A stretch of 57,427 bases of DNA, taken from NCBI RefSeq assembly GCF_001194135.2, contig NC_068986.1, positions 102,763,730-102,821,156 of the forward strand, given 5' to 3'. Of the stretch, positions 13,148 through 24,657 are shown in pieces; the stretch's first letter is position 1, and each line of letters starts with the position of its first letter. The notes beneath the pieces were generated by a model. The model saw only the letters and a list, made by a program, of their open reading frames with translations. It had not been told where the DNA came from and did not search any database. The position numbers and the translations under genes were made by a program. Source of the stretch: Octopus bimaculoides (Eukaryota).

Positions 13148-13743
13148 CATCTACCCGCTAGAAAGAGTAGCAAAAAACTCTATACCACAAAAATAGGGAT
13201 AATTTCGAAAGAGAATGAAAAATAAAAACATTATAGGCATCTCTATATTTTAAATTAATATATATGTAGTCTATTGACTAATTTTTTATTCTCGCTGGAC
13301 CACTGGTGGTAAATTAAATTTTTTAAATTTATTTTGCTGCCCTATGATTAATAATGATATATTTTTTGGCTAATTTCTGAAAGAAAATCGGCATTTGTTT
13401 TACATTTACTGCCGATTAGTTAATGCGCACATGCGTGGTTAATTTTTGGGAAATTAAGCATGTAAGTCTCGAGTCAGGTTCTTACCTTGGCTCGTGTTTA
13501 CACGCTAATCCGGATCTCTGCTGATGAAAGCCCCGGAGTTAGATATAAATTTATCTAGGTAAATAGCTTGAAACCATGGTACAGAGTGTAGACTGGTATA
13601 AATGTTTTTATTTTTCATTCTCTTTCGAAATTATCCCTATTTTTGTGGTATAGAGTTTTTTGCTACTCTTTCTAGCGGGTAGATGTCCTATTATAGGCAT
13701 CTCTATATTTTAAATTAACATATATGTAGTCTATTGACTAATT
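13148..13743 (+). mobile_element. Non-coding HHR-containing retroelement (Penelope pLTR / non-LTR retrozyme-like)
   Basis: 85-bp inverted repeat (13148-13232 vs 13601-13685), 54-bp direct repeat with one mismatch (13230-13283 vs 13690-13743), internal HHR, and (TA)n flanks on both sides. Confidence 0.75.
13496..13593 (+). ncRNA. Type I hammerhead ribozyme, core intact
   Basis: CUCUG-CUGAUGA-AAGC...GCUU-GAAA-CCAUGG-UA-CAGAG. Stem I is 13516-20/13582-86, stem II is 13528-31/13566-69, the cleavage triplet is GUA with predicted cut after 13581, and a distal stem I pairs GUUUACA (13496-502) with UGUAGAC (13587-93). Confidence 0.85.
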
Positions 13744-15147
13744 ATATATATATATATACACAGAGAGATACTGAGAGAGAGAGAAGAGAGAGACCGAGAG
13801 AGAGTGAATGAGAGAGAGGAGAGAGAGAGATACGGGGAACACCAATGCACAGACGGCCGCTATCAAGCAGAGCGCCAGTCGTGATTGAGGCACCATGTTG
13901 ATCCAAACTGCTCTGTGTGGGTCGGAAGCCGACGAGCGGAACATGCTAGGCGGTGCTGCTCAAGGTGTCCCACTAATACGTTCGTGATCATGCCACACTG
14001 GATGGCACCCGATTTCCTTTGAGAGGGCCAGTCGTCTACAGAGAGGAGAGGTGGATATACGTCAGCAGATGCACAGGCTGAGCTGACTCCATGTCACGTA
14101 GTCCACCATGAATTCCCCAAACACACATGGCTCTGCGGGGTTCTGAAGAATGGTTTATATTTGTTTGTATGATTTATGCGTACACTATCCGATTTCCAAA
14201 TGTATATCCGGTAAAAGGCATATTCCTAATGTATGATGGCATATGGAAACCGATAACCGCGGAAGTGCTTTGAAATGCAAGTTATAAGCTTATTACCTAG
14301 ATTATAAATGTCTATGTGTATGTGTGTGCGTGTGTGAGTATATACACACACATATATTTGTATATATGCATTGCATTTGCAGCTGCATATTTTATTGCAA
14401 AGAACGTATCTGTACCACAAATCCTGTTAAGGTGGTTTTCTTGAAACCAGTCACATTTAAAATTGCACTGAAAGGTAATACATGCGCACCATTACGGTGC
14501 TCGACTTTAATCAATTTTATGTGAGGAAGGGTTTACGTCAAACCGAATTACTGCCAATTTTACTGCCAAGAAAATTGCATTTTTCGACAGGACTTATATA
14601 ACGGTTATAAAGATAATTCATTCAAGAGAAGTTTCTTCAGTAACTCTGCGTAAAATAATCATAAGACTGCCTTTCCCGTGAAATCGATGCTGCTGCTTCT
14701 CGTTTCTCAGTGACATAATCAGCATGACTGGTTAATAATTAAATATACAGAGATCGTTCTCAGAGCTTAACTCTGCATACTTCATATTACGGGTAATATT
14801 TATTCGTTGCTGAAGTTTATATGTATATATATATATTTTTTAAATTTTTGTCCAGGTTCATTCAAGATCGGCTTGTGAAATTACAAAATGCGTTCCAAGT
14901 GTCATTATCTTGACATTTATTTAGATAAAGTGCATCTCGAACTTCATTATACATAACGTCACACTATCTCCTTAGCACAGAAGTGCTCGTGGTGACGCAG
15001 TTATCTACTATTTCCCATCACATGAGCGGCGACTGACTGAACCACATGTATCTTCGGGTATGGTGTTTCAAATCTAAAGACATATCATTGATCTGCAGGA
15101 AATGTCATAGGACGGTATGAACACGTAACGAAATATTTAGAAATATT

Positions 15148-15340
15148 GGTGTACGACGACGTGGCTGCGTGGTAAGAGGTTTGCTTCCAAACCAATGGCT
15201 CTGGGTTCAGTCTCACTGCTTGGTACCTTAGGCAAGAGTTGTCTATTATAGACTCGGGCCGACCAATGCCTTTTCAGTGAATTTGGTAAATGAAGGTGGT
15301 AAAAGAAACTGAAAGAAGCCCGTAGTATATATATATATAT
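15148..15340 (+). mobile_element. CORE-like SINE (family B) head and core
   Basis: GTGGCTGCGTGGTAAG...GGGTTCAGTCTCACTG...CCTTAGGCAAG...GAAACTGAAAGAAGCCCGT followed by (TA)n. Confidence 0.85.
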
Positions 15341-15352
15341 AAGACATATATT

Positions 15353-15600
15353 CTGTGTCCGATTAGTATTTGCGAGGGGAGCTAATCGCTCCCACGCCTA
15401 GCCTCACGTGGACTCGAGTTTCTGGGTAGTTACCCGTTTTCATCGAGTGTTAATCACCAGCTGGTGATGAAAACTCAGTCAACTTGCAAAATACTATATG
15501 CGTTTTCCAGCGACAACCGTCACTGATCTCGAAAAAGGAGAAATAAGCTATATAGGGATGGGTGCGATGACCTCTCCTCGCAAATACTAATCGGACACAG
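15353..15600. mobile_element. 248-bp MITE with perfect 25-bp TIRs
   Basis: CTGTGTCCGATTAGTATTTGCGAGG at 15353-15377 and its exact reverse complement at 15576-15600. Imperfect complementarity continues about 13 bp further inward; no ORF. Confidence 0.9.
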
Positions 15601-16255
15601 TATGTGTGTCTTCAGCCAGCTGGAAGAGGTGTCTTTCTGAGGCTATAAATGTTAGTAGCACTGTCCAGTATAGGACACTATACTTGGTTGGCAATTATAA
15701 GTCACGATTCTGTATTGCTCCTGTTCATATCTCCCGCAGAGATTTAAAATAACCTATATATATATATATATATTTGTAAATTTTAAGGGATTACTCGAAA
15801 CGTTTGCCGGTTTACTCTCATTTAGGTACTCAAAAAACCTTGTATAAAAATATTTGTTTAACTCACGCACCGATGAGGCAGTTATACAAATAAATCTTTC
15901 ATTTAACTAAATAAAACTTCTGCATTCTTCATTAAACGTATCCACATCAACAAGCTAATCCGTAAATTCTTTAATATCACGTCGACACAAAATGAAAATG
16001 GTATGTTTAAAAGTAAAACTTCGTGCCCAAGCGCTTATAGACAAATTAGATGCTATGATATAAAACTACATGATTCACAAGCCAAGTAGAAAATAAATTT
16101 TTATATATATATATATATATATATATNNNNNNNNNNNNNNNNNNNNNNNNNNNNNNNNNNNNNNNNNNNNNNNNNNNNNNNNNNNNNNNNNNNNNNNNNN
16201 NNNNNNNNNNNNNNNNNNNNNNNNNNNNNNNNNNNNNNNNNNNNNNNNNNNNNNN

Positions 16256-16291
<36 letters not shown>

Positions 16292-17972
16292 TAAAAAATA
16301 CAAAATGGGACAAGAACGTAAAACATTCAGACAGTTAGGTGATACCAGAATGGCACAGCAAAACACCCAGATAGACGATAGAAAGAAAATAAGGACGGGT
16401 CATTCGGAGGTTTCTTTCCTCAGTCGAGTTCCAGATTATCTTTGCAATTTCGGGTAGTTACACTCGAAATTGCTCCAATCTGGCCAGCCCCAAGGAAAAA
16501 CTAACCTTGGAGCATTAGATTCCTTGGAGGAAAGCAGCGAATGTATACGAAAACAAGGATGGAAAAAAGACGGAGAATGTTACACAAATACAAATTACAG
16601 GACATAACAACAGGTGTCTGTCGACTAAGGTCGAATTAAATTAAGCTGGCATGTGTGAAAGTAAAGCTTTACGGCAGGGATACAAGATTTGACAGGCACA
16701 TGGAAGAATATTGATGTTGCACAGACAGCGGTCAAACCAAGAAAGGTCATGCTTGGCCGGACACCGGGCACGTGGAGAGAGAAGAGAGAGAGAGAGGAAG
16801 AGGCAGAGGGACAGAAGAAATAACAAGGGGCAAGAAAAAATGACAGGGACACAGTGAAGTGAAAAGAGGGGGAAAGTGAGCATGAAGAGAAGGCAAGAAA
16901 AGGTGAGAGAGGGGGAACGAAAGAACGAAGAGTGGAATGAACGAAGTTAGGGTGAAGGGGATGATAGAAAGAAGGAGAGAATGAAAAAAGAGAGAAAGAA
17001 CAGAGTGGTACATGATTTAGAGAAATATATACTTACATATAAGAGAACAAAGTGAACGTACGTCGATATATATATATATGTGTTTGTGTNNNNNNNNNNN
17101 NNNNNNNNNNNNNNNNNNNNNNNNNNNNNNNNNNNNNNNNNNNNNNNNNNNNNNNNNNNNNNNNNNNNNNNNNNNNNNNNNNNNNNNNNNNNNNNNNNNN
17201 NNNNNNNNNNNNNNNNNNNNNNNNNNNNNNNNNNNNNNNNNNNNNNNNNNNNNNNNNNNNNNNNNNNNNNNNNNNNNNNNNNNNNNNNNNNNNNNNNNNN
17301 NNNNNNNNNNNNNNNNNNNNNNNNNNNNNNNNNNNNNNNNNNNNNNNNNNNNNNNNNNNNNNNNNNNNNNNNNNNNNNNNNNNNNNNNNNNNNNNNNNNN
17401 NNNNNNNNNNNNNNNNNNNNNNNNNNNNNNNNNNNNNNNNNNNNNNNNNNNNNNNNNNNNNNNNNNNNNNNNNNNNNNNNNNNNNNNNNNNNNNNNNNNN
17501 NNNNNNNNNNNNNNNNNNNNNNNNNNNNNNNNNNNNNNNNNNNNNNNNNNNNNNNNNNNNNNNNNNNNNNNNNNNNNNNNNNNNNNNNNNNNNNNNNNNN
17601 NNNNNNNNNNNNNNNNNNNNNNNNNNNNNNNNNNNNNNNNNNNNNNNNNNNNNNNNNNNNNNNNNNNNNNNNNNNNNNNNNNNNNNNNNNNNNNNNNNNN
17701 NNNNNNNNNNNNNNNNNNNNNNNNNNNNNNNNNNNNNNNNNNNNNNNNNNNNNNNNNNNNNNNNNNNNNNNNNNNNNNNNNNNNNNNNNNNNNNNNNNNN
17801 NNNNNNNNNNNNNNNNNNNNNNNNNNNNNNNNNNNNNNNNNNNNNNNNNNNNNNNNNNNNNNNNNNNNNNNNNNNNNNNNNNNNNNNNNNNNNNNNNNNN
17901 NNNNNNNNNNNNNNNNNNNNNNNNNNNNNNNNNNNNNNNNNNNNNNNNNNNNNNNNNNNNNNNNNNNNNNNN

Positions 17973-18124
17973 TTAGTCGAACAAATCGATCCCAGGACTT
18001 ATTCTTTGTAACCCTAGTACTTACCCTGTCGGTTTCTTTTGTGGAACCGCTAGGTAACGGGGAAGTAAACACACCAACATAGGTTGTCAGGCGGTGTTTG
18101 TGGGGACAAATACAGACACACGAC

Positions 18125-18172
<48 letters not shown>

Positions 18173-18312
18173 CGATGGGCTTCTTTCCGTTTCTGTCTAC
18201 TAAATCTACTCACAAGGCTTTGTCAGTCCGATGCCATGGCAGTAGTCACTTGCCCAGAGTACCACACACTGGAACTGAACCCAGAAACATTTGGTTCGGA
18301 AGCAAGCTTCTT
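17973..18312 (-). mobile_element. CORE-like SINE (family B) with internal (CA)n
   Basis: Tail TTAGTCGAACAAATCGA...GGACTTATTCTTTGTAA, then (CA)n(TA)n, core CACTTGCCCA and a B-box region. Confidence 0.85.
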
Positions 18313-18329
18313 TATTTCATTTTATTGGC

Positions 18330-19660
18330 TATGACGGCCTTACACAGAAGAAAAGGGGAAAAAAAGAAAGGAGCTGCGGGTTGGACAAAGACATAATGGT
18401 ATGTGTAATGAAAGTGATAATAATGAATAAATGGGGGGAAACAGCGACGCCCGCCGATTGCTTGATCCCCGAAAACATTGTTCTCATATATGAGGCAACA
18501 AGCCTCTTACAAATGTTCATATTGTTCATGATATCTATCGCTGAAACATATTTGCCTTTCATGCATAACCCTCCTCATCACGTGTGTGTCCGATTCCCAT
18601 CAACGCCCACGCCCTCTCTGGGCACACGTCGAGTGGCGTGTCGGCGTCGCCAGGCACCACGTAAAATATTTCTCTGAAGTCATATAGCTTCTGCACTGTG
18701 TCCCACATTAAGACCTCCACAATTATCTGCGGAGGCCATTCGGGATCCCNNNNNNNNNNGCGGGCACGTTTTCTTTATTCTGCTCCAGGACCTTACCACG
18801 GCCCTGGATGCAGTTCTTTCTAATATGGCCAGGCTCCAGGCACTGGTGACACTTGGCGGGGGGGGGGAGTCCCTCAAGGATCACCGGGTACCTTTGGCCC
18901 GCCATCCTCAGAAAATCTGGGAAAACCAGATCTTTAGTTGATTGGGTCCATATGGTCAACATAGCTTTCGAGCCAACCCAATTAACTGAAGGCAGAATTT
19001 TAACATTAATGAGCCTGGATCCACTACCAACCATCCCCTGGCGGATAGTGTCTTCTATCCACTCAGGCTCTATGCCGGGTGGCAGCCCACAGATCCAAGC
19101 TCGTGTCAGTTTCTTCCCACAGTAAGTGGGGAGAAACAAGATATCCTGCCCTACAATGGGCTGGCTCTCAAATTTGCGAGCCACTTCAGGGGTGTCAAAT
19201 AGCAACCAAATTGTTGCATACTTGGCACCCCTGACTATAAACTTTATGGTGAGGAGATGTTCCGCCAATTCTTTTTCTATATCAGTTTGAGGAAAGACCG
19301 TAATGGTGTCGAGTAACTTGGAGTAAGTCCTCAACACCACCGTTCTTTCCTCCATTTCCCTCATCCATTTTTTGGGTGGGCATAATTCCCACTCCAAGAT
19401 GGTATTTTTTCTTATTGTTCATTGTATTGTTCAACTGTTAGCAGAAAGTCACACAGAAAAAAAGCAGAAGGGAGGACAGAAGAAAGAAAAATAGTTCGGA
19501 TGCAGAAAAAAATCATACAAAAATAGAAAAAAAGAAAAAAAGAACGCAGTTCAAAAGTTCCAACGAACAATTTTCCGGCCACTAGTAATCCAGGCCACAT
19601 GTACACGGAATCCTGCACCTGAATGGCTTCCACAATTTTTTAAAAAAATTAGTAATCGTA
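18330..19660 (-). mobile_element. Tx1/L1-like non-LTR element: 5' UTR plus ORF1, no ORF2 evident
   Basis: T-rich 5' UTR (19400-19660), ORF1 with a CCHC knuckle, and only about 230 bp of sequence after the ORF1 stop. Element boundaries are approximate. Confidence 0.7.
18559..19364 (-). CDS. Retrotransposon ORF1 (gag-like nucleic-acid binding protein with CCHC zinc knuckle), interrupted by a 10-N gap
   Basis: Open frame MREMEERTVVLRTY...WICGLPPGIEPEW...CHQCLEPGHIRKNC (Cx2Cx4Hx4C at 18810-18851). Beyond the gap another open frame DPEWPPQIIVEVLMWDTVQKLYDF...DEEGYA ends at TGA 18561-18559; the gap length is unknown, so the join is inferred. Confidence 0.75.
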
Positions 19661-20580
19661 TTCAATTTCTTGGAGAACACAGCAATTTTCACAAAAACTA
19701 TTCACTAAAAGTGAACAAATTGCTTTTGCATAATTTCACAAATAGTTCAACCATTTCTCGAGTCGAGATACGTCCCCAGAAAGGAAGGCACAACACAAGC
19801 TTGCTACGCAAGCCTCAGTACACAAAAAACAGCGGCCACCGAGGGAAGGCAAAATTGTCCTATAGCTTTGAGCGATTTATTAACAATAAATACACTATAA
19901 TAAATTTCTCCCATCTTAGAAAAAAGACAAACTCACCTACCTCGCCGACCGTTCTCTGTTTTGTTGTTCTTTTATTTATTTTTTGGATGGAGCGCAACTG
20001 GCTCACATCTACCTTGATTCAGAAGAAACTGACTCACTGCGCAAGACCGGAAGCAAGCTTCTTAATATACTGACAACTGCTGAACAATTCTGAAAACTCG
20101 AAGTTGCTTCTTAATATATCTGGACAGCGTTCCATGTAGCTTGCCATGGAAGTTATCTCTTGGCCGATGACGAATAGAACAGCGACTTAAACGATTTTGT
20201 TTCGCATCATGCAATGAAGTCTGGGAGTCTTTTTCTTTCATTAATTTCGATGCTCTCTTCAACGTCTTTCGTTTCTTTACGAAGATGATGGTCAAAAGAC
20301 ATACTGTTTTAATGGTATGAATCAAAAACGCCATACGCAAGGATACTTTTGCCGTGTGCAACCAACGATTAATTCGCATTGATAATACGGTTACTCCTAT
20401 ATATTCATTAGCCTAAAAACGTCAGGTGCTTTATATTGTATACGTACACATATACATACATATGTGTATATTTTTACTCACACACACTTCCATTTATGCA
20501 TTTATCTCTATTTATCCATCTATCTATATATCAACTTATGTTTCTCTCTCTTCCTCTTTCTCTCTTCCTCTCTCTCTCAG

Positions 20581-20629
<49 letters not shown>

Positions 20630-20857
20630 NNNNNNNNNNNNNNNNNNNNNNNNNNNNNNNNNNNNNNNNNNNNNNNNNNNNNNNNNNNNNNNNNNNNNNN
20701 NNNNNNNNNNNNNNNNNNNNNNNNNNNNNNNNNNNNNNNNNNNNNNNNNNNNNNNNNNNNNNNNNNNNNNNNNNNNNNNNNNNNNNNNNNNNNNNNNNNN
20801 NNNNNNNNNNNNNNNNNNNNNNNNNNNNNNNNNNNNNNNNNNNNNNNNNNNNNNNNN

Positions 20858-20923
<66 letters not shown>

Positions 20924-22284
20924 CACATACATATATATTTGTATATGCATACATACCCACACACTCACATACACACACACACACACACTCACACACACAC
21001 CTTCACACCCGCCCACACACACACACATACGCATATAATCGGACAGAAAAATGAAATAAAATTTGCAAATGGTTTATTGTTCATTATATTTGTATTTTTT
21101 TTTTTTACCTCGTCTCTTGATCAATAAATGCTGTTTAGCTTGCAGATAAAATTTTAACAACCGGTATATTTCTATTCTTAGAAACTTGGACAAATTCCAT
21201 ACAATATTGGTATATTTTATTGCCTCCATTTTAACATATATGGCCAATTATATAATAACATTTAAATTAATGATGGATATATTCTGTTTTATGGGATTAG
21301 TCACATAGCATTTCACCTAATACTATCTTGTAGTACAGACTTGGATAACTGTACTAATAATATAATTGCCCTTTCCATTATTATATTATTCTCTAAGTTG
21401 ATATATATTCTTAATGTTATATTGCATCTTCGAAAATTTTATAGATCGGAATTTACAACTCGTTGGAGTGCTTGCTTGGTTGTTGGGAGCATCACAATAT
21501 CGCATTTAGAGCAACTTTTAAAACGTTCCACATTTACAACATGAAAAATTGTTCAAATAGTTTATAACTTTTTCAGCAGTTATTTTTTTAAAGTTGCCTG
21601 CACTGTTAAGGATATTCTAAATTCTAATTAAACTCAATTTCTTAGCCAAACTTTGAAACCGACATGCACTGTCTGACGATGGTTATATTTTGATAAATAT
21701 TTTTTTTTTCCTTTGCTTTATATTTTTATTCATTGCACATAAATCCTTTTAGTATATCATTTATAGTTCTTTTTCTACAACTCATTCTTCCATGGGCAAA
21801 GCTACAGGTAGAATACATCGCAACCGTGGGAATCTTGTCCGAATCCAGTGTCTCTCTTCTAGATGTAGCTATGAGTGTAATTTAACTTTAAATGAGAATG
21901 GTAGCAACTTAATCTCCATTTGTACCTGTTCGCAGCAACCGATCGATGTATTTTCCATGGGCCACCCATTATGTATTTCCTAAAATAGAAAACATGCGTT
22001 CATCATTTACTGACTTCTGTGTTTACATTACATTAATACTATTCTCTTCGTATAAAAAAAATAAAACGTTTTATTTTTACGTATGGGAAGATAGACATTG
22101 GGATTTACAGACATTTTAAAATATAAGAATCTCGTTACTAATTCCATATAAAAAAAAATAGTGAACGCAAATCAGCATGAGGCTATATTTTTTTCTCTAA
22201 TAATAGGTAAAATTTGTACTACTGTATTTGAAACAAAGCAGTGAGAGAAAAAGACAGGGCCTGATGAGGAAAAGAAATTATATT

Positions 22285-22780
22285 GCAGTGTATTTATGTG
22301 TTGTGATGCTGAATTTAGGTAGGGGTCGTATGGCACGTGATCCTAGCCTTGGATGAATTCTGAAATTGATGTTCAGATTGTTTGGGCAATGCTGGTTGTA
22401 TATTCTCCATATCGTGCAAATGATGTGTCGCTTACGGTGGAGCTGGTGAGAATACAGATTCAATGCTTTAGGGCGGTGTCATTAATCGAGGTTTGTTATG
22501 CCCTTAATTATTTTAATGAAATACATCTATGGTGATTCAGTTTTCATGACGATTTGTGTGGGGAGACCACTGGGGGCAGCAGTATTCGTGGTGTGGCCGT
22601 ACAAAGGAGGAGAAAAGAAGAATGATGACACCTTGCTCTCTCCGCCGGAGTGTGCTTAGGGTCCAGGAGCTAATCCTACGAGCGATATCGACCGTATTGT
22701 GAATGTGGTCATTCCAGCTGAAATTGTTGTCACCAATTACTACAGTGCAAAAATTAAAATTTTCAGAAAGGGACAGATAA
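22285..22780 (-). mobile_element. CR1/L2-clade LINE, C-terminal RT region fragment
   Basis: FSWNDHIHNTVDIARR...LLFSSFVRPHHEYCCPQWSP followed by LNLYS...HIICTIWRIYNQHCPN...HPRLG, the typical CR1/L2 post-RT motifs, degenerate. Confidence 0.85.
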
Positions 22781-23908
22781 TAATAAGGAAGAGAAAGCGG
22801 AGAATCTTGCCTCCCACAATATGGAACCATTTGTCATGCATCCAGCAGATAAAATGAAAAAGAGTTGCCTCGGAGGACAGCGAAGAAGATGCGCTGGAAC
22901 AGCCACTCTGGCTCACAGGGCTTGCACTTGCGGACGGCAGTTTCGGCCCCGATAACGGTGAGCAGGTATATAGTGCCGGAGGCCAAGAACGTTGGAGGTC
23001 TCAATTGTCACAGGCTAGATTATTTTAAATAGGTAGTAAAATTAATTTATAATTATTTTAAGGTCATCAAAAATCATGGTTGTATAGAAGCATATATACA
23101 GAAGGAATCATATTTAGGTATTTATACAGAATTTTAGGGGAATGAACGGCCTTCCATTTATCATCTTCTGTGTGTGTATAAGAAATGTTTTCTATTTTTA
23201 GAAATAATGTGGGAGTTTGGTTGGTGGGGTACAGCATTGTGGTATCNNNNNNNNNNNNNNNNNNNNNNNNNNNNNNNNNNNNNNNNNNNNNNNNNNNNNN
23301 NNNNNNNNNNNNNNNNNNNNNNNNNNNNNNNNNNNNNNNNNNNNNNNNNNNNNNNNNNNNNNNNNNNNNNNNNNNNNNNNNNNNNNNNNNNNNNNNNNNN
23401 NNNNNNNNNNNNNNNNNNNNNNNNNNNNNNNNNNNNNNNNNNNNNNNNNNNNNNNNNNNNNNNNNNNNNNNNNNNNNNNNNNNNNNNNNNNNNNNNNNNN
23501 NNNNNNNNNNNNNNNNNNNNNNNNNNNNNNNNNNNNNNNNNNNNNNNNNNNNNNNNNNNNNNNNNNNNNNNNNNNNNNNNNNNNNNNNNNNNNNNNNNNN
23601 NNNNNNNNNNNNNNNNNNNNNNNNNNNNNNNNNNNNNNNNNNNNNNNNNNNNNNNNNNNNNNNNNNNNNNNNNNNNNNNNNNNNNNNNNNNNNNNNNNNN
23701 NNNNNNNNNNNNNNNNNNNNNNNNNNNNNNNNNNNNNNNNNNNNNNNNNNNNNNNNNNNNNNNNNNNNNNNNNNNNNNNNNNNNNNNNNNNNNNNNNNNN
23801 NNNNNNNNNNNNNNNNNNNNNNNNNNNNNNNNNNNNNNNNNNNNNNNNNNNNNNNNNNNNNNNNNNNNNNNNNNNNNNNNNNNNNNNNNNNNNNNNNNNN
23901 NNCTCTAA

Positions 23909-23955
<47 letters not shown>

Positions 23956-24361
23956 TGTGTAGGTACGTACGTTTATATCTATGTGCATACACACACACAT
24001 ACATACACATATGTGTGCGTAAGTGCGTGTGTGTGTGTGTCTGTGTGTCTGTGCGTGTACAATATCTATAACGAGGAATTCTGGAAGGCACACTCTTAGA
24101 ACTCCCTACGTCCCTTTATACTTCGAAAGAGAAGCCTATTAAAAACTAACTACAAAGGCAAACTACAATGACGTCTGTAGCGGCAACACCGAGTGTGATG
24201 ACGATTACAACGAACGACAACCGCAACAACTTCCAGCGTCGCAGGCAAAGAATTACAACAGCATTGACAAAGTAATTTCTCACTGACCTTGTTCTGACCA
24301 CCATTCACACGAGATAACCTCATTTATTTATCACCCTGCGGCCTTTTCCACTGAAATGTTC

Positions 24362-24412
24362 CTGCTGCTGCTGCTGCTTCTTCTTCTTCTTCTTCTTCTT
24401 CTTCTTCTTCTT

Positions 24413-24462
<50 letters not shown>

Positions 24463-24481
24463 TCTTCTTCTTCTTCTTCTT

Positions 24482-24525
<44 letters not shown>

Positions 24526-24657
24526 TCTTCTTCTCCTTCTCCTTCTTCTTCTTCTTCTCCTTCTTCTTCTTCTTCTCCTTCTTCTTCTCGTTCTTCTTCT
24601 TCTTCTCCTTCTCCTCCTCCTCCTCCCCCTCTTTCTTCTTCGTCTTCTTCTTCTTCC
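24362..24657. repeat. Compound trinucleotide microsatellite (CTG)(CTT)(CTA)(CTC)
   Basis: Directly visible; explains the poly-L/R/S ORFs. Confidence 0.97.

Noticed and set aside
16290-16780. Probable interspersed repeat with CTGAGGA on the minus strand
   Set aside because: No GAAA core half or paired stem II, and the family cannot be identified from sequence alone.
19711-20379. ORFs of 120 and 105 aa
   Set aside because: No recognisable domain, non-ATG or low-complexity composition, and no splice support.
24160-24285. Short open frames (MTSVAATP.. and NDVCSGNTEC..)
   Set aside because: ACA/ACG-rich low-complexity sequence gives stop-poor frames; no motif.
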